Positions 54,213 through 61,708 of a stretch of 64,000 nt of DNA are shown piece after piece (position 1 is the stretch's first letter; each line of letters opens with the position of its first letter). The translations under genes and the position numbers were made by a program. The notes beneath the pieces are model-generated. The model saw only the letters and a list, made by a program, of their open reading frames with translations, was not told where the DNA came from and did not search any database. Source of the DNA: an uncultured Candidatus Micrarchaeota archaeon (GTDB lineage: Archaea; Micrarchaeota; Micrarchaeia; Anstonellales; Bilamarchaeaceae); the NCBI GenBank assembly GCA_963714085.1, contig OY970229.1, positions 376,392 through 440,391 of the forward strand, given 5' to 3'.

Positions 54213-56396
54213 TCAGCACAGGCGGCCCTGCTTCACGTTCCGCGTCCTGAGCTCCTCGCTCTGCGTCGCGAGCGGCTTGCCCTCGCAGACCGCGGCGAAA
54301 TCATTCACGTCCATTTTTATGCTCCTGAAATCCTTTATGTCGATCTCGGCTTTAGGCGCGCTTTTGGCGCCTTTTAGCGAGACCTTGTCCCCGACCTTGC
54401 TCTTCTCCAGGAAGAGGGCTTCCACCACGCCCTGCTCCATGGCCGACTTGCCCTCCTTTGGCGGGGCGGATTCGCGGCCTTCAGCGGCCAGGAGCATGCC
54501 CTGGGATTCCACGCCGCGGAGCTTGGCTGGTTTGAGGTTCTTTACTATCACGACTTTTTTGCCCACCAGCTCCTCGGGCAGATAATAGCCGACGAGCCCG
54601 GAGACTATCTGGCGCTCGCCATCTCCGAGCCTTACTTTCTCTATGAAAAGCTTCTCGGCTTCCGGATGCTTCACTACGCTGACTATCTCCCCGACCTCCA
54701 GGTCCAGGTCAGCGAACGAGGCTGTTACAGGCGCCTTGCCAGTGAACCTCTGCTTCAGCTCTTGGATCTGCTTGTCCTCCAGCTTCCTGAAGAGTATCTC
54801 CGGCTTGCCGATGTGATGGCCGGATTCCAATGTCGGCTTGCCGAGGTCTTCCCATTTCCTGGGTTCTATGGCCAATTGCCTGAAGATGCTCGCGCTCGTC
54901 ACCGGCAGGTAGGGCCCGCAGAGTATCGCCAGGTCCTTCACCTGGTGCAGGAGCACGTTCATCACCGTTGCGGCTCTGGTTTTGTCGGTTTTCACCAGCT
55001 CCCAGGGCTTGCTGTCCTGGAAGTATTTGTTCGAGTTCTTCGCGAAATGCATGACCTGGTGCAGCGCGTCCTTGAGCTTCACGGATTCCAGCAGCGCCGT
55101 GGCTTCTGCGATGACCTTCTTCTGCTCGTTGAGGAACTCCTCGTCTTTTTCATCCGGCTTGGCGCCCGGGACCGCACCCTCGAAATTGTTTTGCACGAAG
55201 ACCAGCGTCCGGTTCACCAGATTCCCGAGGTTCGCGAGAAGTTCCGCGTTGTTCTTGTCGCGGAAGTCCTCCCAAGTGAAATCGGAATCAGAGCCCTCCG
55301 GCCTGTTGGTGAGCAGGTAATACCTCCAAACGTCCGATGGGACTCCGGAGGACATGGCATCGTCGCCGAACACCCCGACATGCCTTGATTTGGAGAATTT
55401 TCCTCCCTCGTAGTTGAGGAACTCCGTGGTGCTAAGGTGGTGGACCAGCGTCCATGGCTTGCCGGTGCCCAGAAGCGTGGAAGGGAAGATGACCGCGTGG
55501 AAGGGCACGTTGTCCTTGCCTATGAAATTGTAGAGCTTCACGTTTGCAGGGTCCATCCACCAGTCCTTCCACTTCTCCGTGAGGTTCGCGGTTATGGACA
55601 CATACCCTATCGGGGCCTCAAACCAAACATAAAATACCTTTTTCTCCCACCCTTTAAGCGGAACAGGAACTCCCCATTTAAGGTCCCTGGTTATCGCCCG
55701 CCTCTTTAGCCCCTCGTGGAGCCACGCCTCGGCGATGCGCTTCGTGTTCTCGCTCCACTCGCCCTTCTTGTATGATTCGCGAAGCCACTCTGAAAGCTTT
55801 CCTTCTATTTTCGGCAAATCTATGAACAGGTGCTTCGTCTTCCTGACTACCGGCCGCGTCTTGCTGACCTTGCTCACCGGATTGATGAGTTCGACCGGGC
55901 GGAGGAGCTTGCCGCACTTGTCGCACTGATCCCCGCGCGCGCCCGCATACGAGCAGAACGGGCAGGTGCCTTCTATGTAACGGTCAGCGAGGAACATGCC
56001 CGCCTTCTCGTCGTAGAGCTGCTCCGTCTCTTCCTCCACGATGTACCCGTTTTGGTATAAATCTTGGAATATCGCCTGCGTTATCTCGGTGTGCTTGGGT
56101 GTGGAGGTCCTGCCGAATGTGTCGAAGGCGATGCCGAACCACTCGTATATGCCCTTGTGGATTGCATAATATTTGTCGCATATCTCTTTCGGGCTCACGC
56201 CCTCCTCCAGCGCCTTTATCTCGGTCGCGGTGCCATATTCGTCCGTGCCTCCGATGTGCATGCACTGGTAGCCCTGGGACCTGCAATAGCGCGTGAAGAC
56301 GTCCGCCGAGAGCACGCATCCGATTATGTTCCCAAGATGCGGGATGTTGTTCACATAGGGAAGCGCTGAGGTTATGAGTATCTTCTTGCCTACCAT
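54213..56396 (-). CDS. metG: Methionyl-tRNA synthetase with a C-terminal tRNA-binding (Trbp111/EMAPII-like) domain
   Basis: ALPYVNNIPHLGNIIG is the HIGH-type motif, CPFC...CDKC is a zinc knuckle, and KFSKSRHVG is KMSKS. The C-terminus reads ..VKNLKPAKLRGVESQGMLLAAE. Confidence 0.97.
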   Translation of the reverse strand: MVGKKILITSALPYVNNIPHLGNIIGCVLSADVFTRYCRSQGYQCMHIGGTDEYGTATEIKALEEGVSPKEICDKYYAIHKGIYEWFGIAFDTFGRTSTPKHTEITQAIFQDLYQNGYIVEEETEQLYDEKAGMFLADRYIEGTCPFCSYAGARGDQCDKCGKLLRPVELINPVSKVSKTRPVVRKTKHLFIDLPKIEGKLSEWLRESYKKGEWSENTKRIAEAWLHEGLKRRAITRDLKWGVPVPLKGWEKKVFYVWFEAPIGYVSITANLTEKWKDWWMDPANVKLYNFIGKDNVPFHAVIFPSTLLGTGKPWTLVHHLSTTEFLNYEGGKFSKSRHVGVFGDDAMSSGVPSDVWRYYLLTNRPEGSDSDFTWEDFRDKNNAELLANLGNLVNRTLVFVQNNFEGAVPGAKPDEKDEEFLNEQKKVIAEATALLESVKLKDALHQVMHFAKNSNKYFQDSKPWELVKTDKTRAATVMNVLLHQVKDLAILCGPYLPVTSASIFRQLAIEPRKWEDLGKPTLESGHHIGKPEILFRKLEDKQIQELKQRFTGKAPVTASFADLDLEVGEIVSVVKHPEAEKLFIEKVRLGDGERQIVSGLVGYYLPEELVGKKVVIVKNLKPAKLRGVESQGMLLAAEGRESAPPKEGKSAMEQGVVEALFLEKSKVGDKVSLKGAKSAPKAEIDIKDFRSIKMDVNDFAAVCEGKPLATQSEELRTRNVKQGRLC

Positions 56397-56475
56397 GATG
56401 AGTTCACCGAAAATTATTAAGCTCGGGAAAAGTTAAAAAGAGAAGTACTCGGACGAGAAAAAAATAAAGCGCGGC

Positions 56476-56742
56476 TCAGTTCCGCAAGCCTTCCCGCCCG
56501 CCGCTTTTCGCCGCTGTGGCGAATTGCAGGTATACGTCGCGTTCCTTTCTTCTCCCAGGGCCCAGCTCCTCTACGGTCCATGGCCGGTTCAACTTTGCTA
56601 TCGCGACATGGCGGGGGTTCAGGATTTCTTTGGGGGTTTCTTTGGTTCTGCGCCGGCGCTTCGTTTTTGGCTCGGGCGGTCGTCTTTCCGGATGCGCGCT
56701 GTTCAGTCTGTGCAGTGTCCTGAGGTCCCATACCATCATCAT
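56476..56742 (-). CDS. Possible small basic protein
   Basis: MMMVWDLRTLHRLNSAHPERRPPEPKTKRRRRTKETPKEILNPRHVAIAKLNRPWTVEELGPGRRKERDVYL... aggtg lies next to the ATG cluster and an AT-rich promoter lies upstream. All six frames are open here, so coding status is uncertain. Confidence 0.35.
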   Translation of the reverse strand: MMMVWDLRTLHRLNSAHPERRPPEPKTKRRRRTKETPKEILNPRHVAIAKLNRPWTVEELGPGRRKERDVYLQFATAAKSGGREGLRN

Positions 56743-56793
56743 CACCTGATAATGCTTTAAAATATTCCCATATTTATATTATCCTGAAAAGAA

Positions 56794-56809
56794 TATTCCT
56801 TTAGGAATA
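56794..56809. promoter_or_regulatory. Inverted repeat TATTCCT-tt-AGGAATA between the TATA box and the start of the HTH-CBS operon
   Basis: tattcct at 56794-56800 and aggaata at 56803-56809. A related half-site, aatattcc, also occurs at 56761-56768. tatttatatt (56771-56780) is the likely TATA box. Confidence 0.3.
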
Positions 56810-56818
56810 GGTGATACT

Positions 56819-57388
56819 TTGGAAAACATAAACGCAGACCTGGCGCGCATCGGGAAACTGAGGAGGCAGCTCGGCCTCACGCAGAAGCAGCTGGCCACGC
56901 TGGCAGGAGTGAGCCAGTCATTGATAGCGAAGATAGAGTCGTCCAAGATAGACCCTGCTTATTCCAAGGTCGTGCAGATAACGTCCGTCCTGGAGCAGGA
57001 GCGTGGCCGTAAGGAGACCAGGAAGAGGGCGTCCGACATAATGACCGCCGGCCTGGCATCCGTGTCGCCGAAGGATGATCTGGGCAAGGCCATGGGCCTG
57101 ATGAAGAGGATGAACATATCCCAGCTGCCGGTCTTCGAAGGCCAGGCCTGCGTCGGAAGCCTCTCTGACGGCATGATCATGGAGTGGATGGAGAGGTACG
57201 GGGATAAACTCGCGCACGTGAAGGCTGTCGATGCCATGGGCGAGGCGTTCCCTTCCATACCTGCGGATTCCGAGCTCGAGGTCGTGACAGGCCTGCTCAA
57301 GTTCTACAAGGCCGTGCTCGTCAAAAAGAAAGGCAGAGTCGCAGGGATAATCACCAAGGCCGACCTCATGAAGGCGATCGAGAGATGA
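56819..57388 (+). CDS. XRE-type HTH plus CBS-domain transcriptional regulator
   Basis: LRRQLGLTQKQLATLAGVSQSLIAKIESSK is a Cro/C1 HTH, followed by a CBS pair (..DIMTAGLASVSP...MKRMNISQLPVFEG..). The start appears to be TTG, with aggtga 7 nt upstream and no in-frame ATG before the HTH. Confidence 0.85.
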   Translation: MENINADLARIGKLRRQLGLTQKQLATLAGVSQSLIAKIESSKIDPAYSKVVQITSVLEQERGRKETRKRASDIMTAGLASVSPKDDLGKAMGLMKRMNISQLPVFEGQACVGSLSDGMIMEWMERYGDKLAHVKAVDAMGEAFPSIPADSELEVVTGLLKFYKAVLVKKKGRVAGIITKADLMKAIER

Positions 57389-58587
57389 GCGAGAATCTCG
57401 CGTTCCGCTCCAAGACTCCGGGCATCGGAGGAACCATCAAGTCCTGCCCAGAGGATTTCATAGTGGAGGAAATAGAGCAGGACGGTACGGTGTTCGGCAT
57501 CGATAAAAGGATAGAACGGACAGATGAGAACGGGAGGTTCGTGCACTTCGTACTGCAGAAAAGGAACTGGACCACCATGATGGCTGCCAAGGAGGCCGCG
57601 AGAAGGCTGCATTCGAGCCCGAAGAGGATCAGCTTCGCGGGCTCCAAGGACAAGTGCGCGATAACGACCCAGCTCATGTCGGCCGAGGGAGTAGACAAAA
57701 CAGCGGTCTTGAATCTCGATATCAGAGATATAAGCATAAACGGCGCCTGGAGCGCCAAGGACAGGGTCAAGCTCGGAGGTCTTACGGGGAACCGCTTCAC
57801 GATAAAGGTGAACGGCGCGCAAGTGGATGCCGGGGAGAAGGTGACGAGGATACGCTCCGAACTGGAAACCGGGTTCCCGAATTATTTCGGCGAGCAGAGG
57901 TTCGGGACCACGGCGAACAACACGCACATCATCGGAGAAGCGCTGGTGCGCGGGAACCTTGAGGACGGGGCCATGGCATTCCTCTGCGGAAAGGGCATGG
58001 AGACCAACGCTGAAGCGAGGCTGGCCAGGGAGGAGCTGCTTGCGAGCAATGATTTCGACTCCGCGCTCAAGACGTTCCCCAAGCACCTGCGGCTCGAGCG
58101 CGCGATGCTCGCGCATCTTGCGGAGAGGCCGGACGACTTCATCGGGGCGTTCCGGGCCCTTCCAAGGCAGACGCTGCTGCTGTTCGTGCACGCGTTCCAG
58201 TCGCACATCTTCAACCGCCTGCTCTCCGACCGCATACGCGAGAACGGGGTGGAGATGGAGGAGGGCGAGTATCTCTGCAATGCGGATGCCCTCGGTTTCC
58301 CGGACATTGAAAAGATGGACGTGGACGGCTGGCTCTGCGTGAAGATAATCGGCTACAATTCGAACCTCAACGAAAGGGAGAAGGAGCTGCTCGATTCGCT
58401 CAGGATGTCCAAAGAGGATTTCAGAGTGAAAAGCATTCCGGAGATAGGCTCGAAGGGAACGTTCAGGACCGCGTTCGCACCGCTCCGGGATTTCTCCTTC
58501 GATGCGGACACGTTCCGCTTCTCGCTGCAGTCCGGCTCGTACGCCACATCAGCTTTAAGAGAATTCATTACGGTTGATAAGACATGA
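57385..58587 (+). CDS. truD: tRNA pseudouridine synthase TruD/Pus7 family
   Basis: GGTIKSCPEDFIVEEI, FAGSKDKCAITTQ (catalytic Asp region), NYFGEQRFG. Its start overlaps the upstream stop as ATGA. Confidence 0.92.
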   Translation: MSENLAFRSKTPGIGGTIKSCPEDFIVEEIEQDGTVFGIDKRIERTDENGRFVHFVLQKRNWTTMMAAKEAARRLHSSPKRISFAGSKDKCAITTQLMSAEGVDKTAVLNLDIRDISINGAWSAKDRVKLGGLTGNRFTIKVNGAQVDAGEKVTRIRSELETGFPNYFGEQRFGTTANNTHIIGEALVRGNLEDGAMAFLCGKGMETNAEARLAREELLASNDFDSALKTFPKHLRLERAMLAHLAERPDDFIGAFRALPRQTLLLFVHAFQSHIFNRLLSDRIRENGVEMEEGEYLCNADALGFPDIEKMDVDGWLCVKIIGYNSNLNEREKELLDSLRMSKEDFRVKSIPEIGSKGTFRTAFAPLRDFSFDADTFRFSLQSGSYATSALREFITVDKT

Positions 58588-59675
58588 TGGAAGAGGAAGG
58601 AATATCGTTCAATGCGCCCGAGGGCGTTTTCTACAACCCCAGGATGAGGTTCTGCCGCTCGTTCGCGTCGCTCGCGGTCGGGGCGCTTCCCGAGAAGGAG
58701 CTCGTGGCCTGCGACGCGTTCTGCGCGTCCGGGATAAGGGGGATACGCTACGCGAAGGAGAACAAGAACATATCCAGGACGATATTCGTGGACATAGGAA
58801 AAAGGGAGTTCCTGGCCGCGAAGGCAAACGCGAAGAAAGCGAAAATAAAATACGAGGCGCTGCATGGGAACGTCTCGCGGCTGGTCTTCGACATCTGCGC
58901 GGACTTCCTGGAGATAGACCCGTTCGGCTCCCCGGCTCCTTATCTATACGACTCTTTCCGCGCCTTCAACCCGCTCAAGCGCGCGTACCTCTCGGTCACG
59001 GCGACGGACGTCGCGGTCCTCTGCGGCGGGAAGACGAAAGCGTGCCTGAAGAATTACCACAGCGTCCCGCTCAACAACGAGTTCACGCACGAGACCGGCA
59101 TGCGCATCATGATAAAGAAGATCGCGGAGACCGCCGCGGAGTTCAACATGGGCATCGAGCCGCTGGTCTCGCTTTCGAAGGAACACTACCTCAAGACGAT
59201 AGTCAAGGTGACGCGCGGGGCCGACCTTGCGCACGAATCGCTCATGAAGCTCGGCTACATCAATTTCTGCCCGGCCTGCGGATGGAGGGGGAGCTCGCAG
59301 TTCCCGGAGAAACGCTGCCCGTCCTGCGCCCCAAAAAGCCTCGCGTTGCGGTTCGCCGGGCCGCTCTGGCTCGGGGAGCTCCATGAGAAGAAGACGCTCT
59401 CGCGCATGGGAGTGCTGAACCGGAAAAGAGGGTACTCGGACAGGGACGAGCTGGAGAAGACGATCTCGAGGATGATCGGTGAGGTCGGCATGCCCCCGTT
59501 CTATTACGACGTGCACCAGATGTGCAGGCTGCTCGGGAGGGGGAGCGTGCCGAAGATGGACGCCGTGCTCGAAGGGCTGCACAAGAAGGGGAACAGGGCG
59601 GTGAGGACGCATTTCTCCGAGACCGCGATAAAGACCGACGCTGCGCTCAAGGCCGTGAAATCGGTGATCTCATGA
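58584..59675 (+). CDS. trm1: tRNA (guanine26-N2)-dimethyltransferase Trm1
   Basis: FYNPRMRFCRSF....., DAFCASGIRGIRYAKE, LEIDPFGSPAPYL, and a C-terminal zinc motif CPACG...CPSC. ATGA overlaps at both ends. Confidence 0.92.
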   Translation: MMEEEGISFNAPEGVFYNPRMRFCRSFASLAVGALPEKELVACDAFCASGIRGIRYAKENKNISRTIFVDIGKREFLAAKANAKKAKIKYEALHGNVSRLVFDICADFLEIDPFGSPAPYLYDSFRAFNPLKRAYLSVTATDVAVLCGGKTKACLKNYHSVPLNNEFTHETGMRIMIKKIAETAAEFNMGIEPLVSLSKEHYLKTIVKVTRGADLAHESLMKLGYINFCPACGWRGSSQFPEKRCPSCAPKSLALRFAGPLWLGELHEKKTLSRMGVLNRKRGYSDRDELEKTISRMIGEVGMPPFYYDVHQMCRLLGRGSVPKMDAVLEGLHKKGNRAVRTHFSETAIKTDAALKAVKSVIS

Positions 59676-60565
59676 AGACGCTCAAGTTGCTCGCCACGCA
59701 GATCGGCGGCGAGATCGGAGGGGACGTGAAGGAGGCGTTCGCGGACATATCCTATTTCGTCCGCAGGGGGCACAGTGTGTGCGGCGATTCGGCGTTCGTG
59801 CACGTGGACGACTCGAAGGTGGTCGCGGCGGTGCTGGACGGCGTGAGCGGCGAGGAGGGCGCGGACCACGCGTCTTCGGTGGCCGCTGTGGCGATCGTGA
59901 ACTATCTCAGGGGCATTGCGGCGCCGGACAAGGACGATATACAGGACGCGTTCGTGAAAGCGCACATCAACCTCTCCTTCGGGCTCACCACCGTGGTGCT
60001 TGCCGTGATAATGAAGGATGGGAGGTTCCTGTGCGGCTCGGTGGGCGACTCGATGGCCTATTCGCTCGACACGAAGGGGACCGTGAGGCTGGAGCTGCCG
60101 GGGGCCAGGGTGGTCGGGCCGGGCACGCCGATCCTGCGCTTCCTGATGTACAGGAACGTGGTGCCTGCGGCGCTCGGCATGCAGGGCGGCATGGAGATAC
60201 TCTTCAAGCAGGGGGAGCTGAGGCAGGGGGATTCCATCCTGCTAATGAGCGACGGCGTGACGGACAACCTCACCATCTACGTGGAGGATGGCGTGGTGAA
60301 GGACTGCGGCGGCGCCAAGGACCTCGCCCTGATGGTGGAGGGTGCGAAGGACACGAGGTCCGTCGTGAGGCGCATACGGGACGAGGTGGTGAAGAGGATG
60401 GAGGAGAGGTACGACATCCGGGACCCGGACCGTGTGCTGGTCGCCAAAAAGGACGACGTGGCGCTGATAGGCATCAGGTACACCGGAACCGGCATCGTCG
60501 GAGCGGGGGTTGGACGCCCGTCTAAGATTAGACGCGCGTCAAAGAAAAAAAGGAAAGGTTTATAA
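59672..60565 (+). CDS. PP2C/SpoIIE-like protein phosphatase
   Basis: ..CGDSAFVHV....VAAVLDGVSGEEGADHAS.., ..CGSVGDSMAYSL.., ..LLMSDGVTDNL... ATG 59672 overlaps the trm1 stop. The track's 59522 start is an out-of-context extension inside trm1. Confidence 0.8.
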   Translation: MKTLKLLATQIGGEIGGDVKEAFADISYFVRRGHSVCGDSAFVHVDDSKVVAAVLDGVSGEEGADHASSVAAVAIVNYLRGIAAPDKDDIQDAFVKAHINLSFGLTTVVLAVIMKDGRFLCGSVGDSMAYSLDTKGTVRLELPGARVVGPGTPILRFLMYRNVVPAALGMQGGMEILFKQGELRQGDSILLMSDGVTDNLTIYVEDGVVKDCGGAKDLALMVEGAKDTRSVVRRIRDEVVKRMEERYDIRDPDRVLVAKKDDVALIGIRYTGTGIVGAGVGRPSKIRRASKKKRKGL

Positions 60566-60569
60566 ACGA

Positions 60570-60953
60570 AAAAATCGCAACTTCTATGTCGGTGCGGGCT
60601 GAATGGCCCTACGGGGCTTAAGAAAACCGCGCCGGCCGTATGACCGTTTTTCGCGGTCACATGAAAAAACTGATGCCGGGCCGGTGGATAACCGGGCGAT
60701 GCTGGCTTAGACCCTTTTATCGGGAAAACGCCAAATCGTCTGCTGGAATGGAATTATCCGTCCAAAACCGCTCCGGCTACAGGGAAAAACAAGGCCGAAC
60801 CGGTGGATAGTGGGCGAGGCTGGCTTAGACCCTTTTATCGGGAAAACGCCAAGCGTCTGCTGGAATGGAATTATCCGTCCAAAACCGGTTCGGGGATGAT
60901 TCGAATTCTGATGGTTTGCATAGGCTTACTGAATGGCTTATCCTGCGATTTTT
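60570..60953 (+). ncRNA. Candidate structured ncRNA (~385 nt) of unknown class, containing a tandemly duplicated hairpin domain
   Basis: The helices are nested. 60570-60579 pairs with 60944-60953 (10 bp). 60583-60589 pairs with 60918-60924 (7 bp, 2 G.U). 60590-60597 pairs with 60627-60634 (8 bp, 1 G.U). There is a hairpin at 60641-60646/60654-60659. The two domains are closed by 60676-60684/60768-60776 and 60795-60803/60885-60893. The island sits within a 496-bp noncoding gap in an otherwise tightly packed region. T5 at 60949-60953. Confidence 0.4.
60675..60894 (+). repeat. Tandem ~117-119-bp direct repeat (two copies)
   Basis: Cores at 60681-60770 and 60800-60888 are identical except in two short patches. 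Both contain gctggcttagacccttttatcgggaaaacgcc...gtctgctggaatggaattatccgtccaaaaccg. Confidence 0.9.
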
Positions 60954-61061
60954 CCGGAGTAGCGACACACTAAAACACCGAATGCCATGGAAAATGCGCT
61001 GGAAACAAGCGGGAAGCAGCCGTATCTACGGTATTTAAACATTTCCGATGAAAGCACTCTT

Positions 61062-61493
61062 ATGGGTTCAGAATTGAAAGTAGGAGACATCATGACCAAA
61101 AAGGTCGTCGTCGTCCCTACGGGCTCCGGCCTCCTGGACACCGCCAAGCTGATGAGGAAGAACGAGATAGGTTCCATAATCGTCGTCGAGGGCGCTGAAG
61201 GGAAGCGGGCCAAGGGCATCATCACCGAGAGGGATATCGTTCACAAGGTCATAGCGAAGAACCTCGACCCCTACAGGTCGAAGGTCGATGAGGTTATGTC
61301 CAAGCCCCTCAGGGTGGTCAAGCCGGAGACGACGATCGAAGAAGCCGCGAAAGCGATGAGGGAGAACCGGATAAAGCGGCTCCCCGTCGTGAATGACGAT
61401 AATGAGTTGATAGGCATCATAAGCGAGGGGGACATCATGAAGATATTCCCCATAGTGGTCGACCTCATAGAGGAAAGGGCCACGCTGGGTTGA
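61062..61493 (+). CDS. CBS-domain pair protein (143 aa)
   Basis: MGSELKVGDIMTKKVVVVPTGSGLLDTAKLMRKNEIGSIIVVE...GIITERDIV...V.EVMSKPLRVV.PETTIEEAAKAMRENRIKRLPVV. I chose ATG 61062 because tatttaaac (61032-61040) lies ~22-30 nt upstream. The track start at 60987 adds a non-CBS leader. Confidence 0.85.
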   Translation: MGSELKVGDIMTKKVVVVPTGSGLLDTAKLMRKNEIGSIIVVEGAEGKRAKGIITERDIVHKVIAKNLDPYRSKVDEVMSKPLRVVKPETTIEEAAKAMRENRIKRLPVVNDDNELIGIISEGDIMKIFPIVVDLIEERATLG

Positions 61494-61708
61494 AAGACCC
61501 CTCTTATGTCGTTCATGCGCTGTGCATGGATGGCCGCCCGAGCTATAAGCTTTGAAGGAACCGTCCATCCCGCGAGGGATGGTGGGCCGGTGCGCAAAAC
61601 GCCCCGGATGGTCAACAGTGCACAGTGCCGTGGTCAGGCCGTGGTTCCCCTCTAATTCTGTACCCGCAAGTGATAAACGTGGCTACACGGACATGAAAGG
61701 TGAAAATT

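Noticed and set aside
59522-59671. N-terminal extension of the PP2C ORF (track start 59522), and similar extensions at 28186 (ATPase), 4904 (MarC), 49930 and 12461
   Set aside because: The extensions overlap the preceding or divergent genes in another frame and have Arg-rich nonsense composition. Internal ATGs with an ATGA overlap, an SD-like ggtg(a) or a TATA box at proper spacing are better supported.
60570-60953. Calling this region RNase P RNA outright
   Set aside because: It has CR-I/CR-IV/CR-V-like strings and a P1/P2/P3-like arrangement. However, the ggataa strands pair locally within each duplicated hairpin rather than forming a long-range P4. I found no CR-II/CR-III-like motifs. A TATA-like tttataaa (60559-60566) lies too close to the proposed 5' end. 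I kept it as an unclassified ncRNA candidate.
61011-61021. gggaagcagcc resembling the SRP RNA helix 8 GGAAGCAGCC motif
   Set aside because: There is no matching GGUCAGGUCC 5' strand or GNAR tetraloop context, and the available noncoding space (~110 nt) is far too short for an archaeal SRP RNA.
60987-61061. Track start (ATG 60987) for the CBS-domain protein
   Set aside because: The added 25 residues (MENALETSGKQPYLRYLNISDESTL) are not part of a CBS fold, and they would place the tatttaaac box (61032-61040) inside the gene. ATG 61062 fits a leaderless-type promoter spacing.
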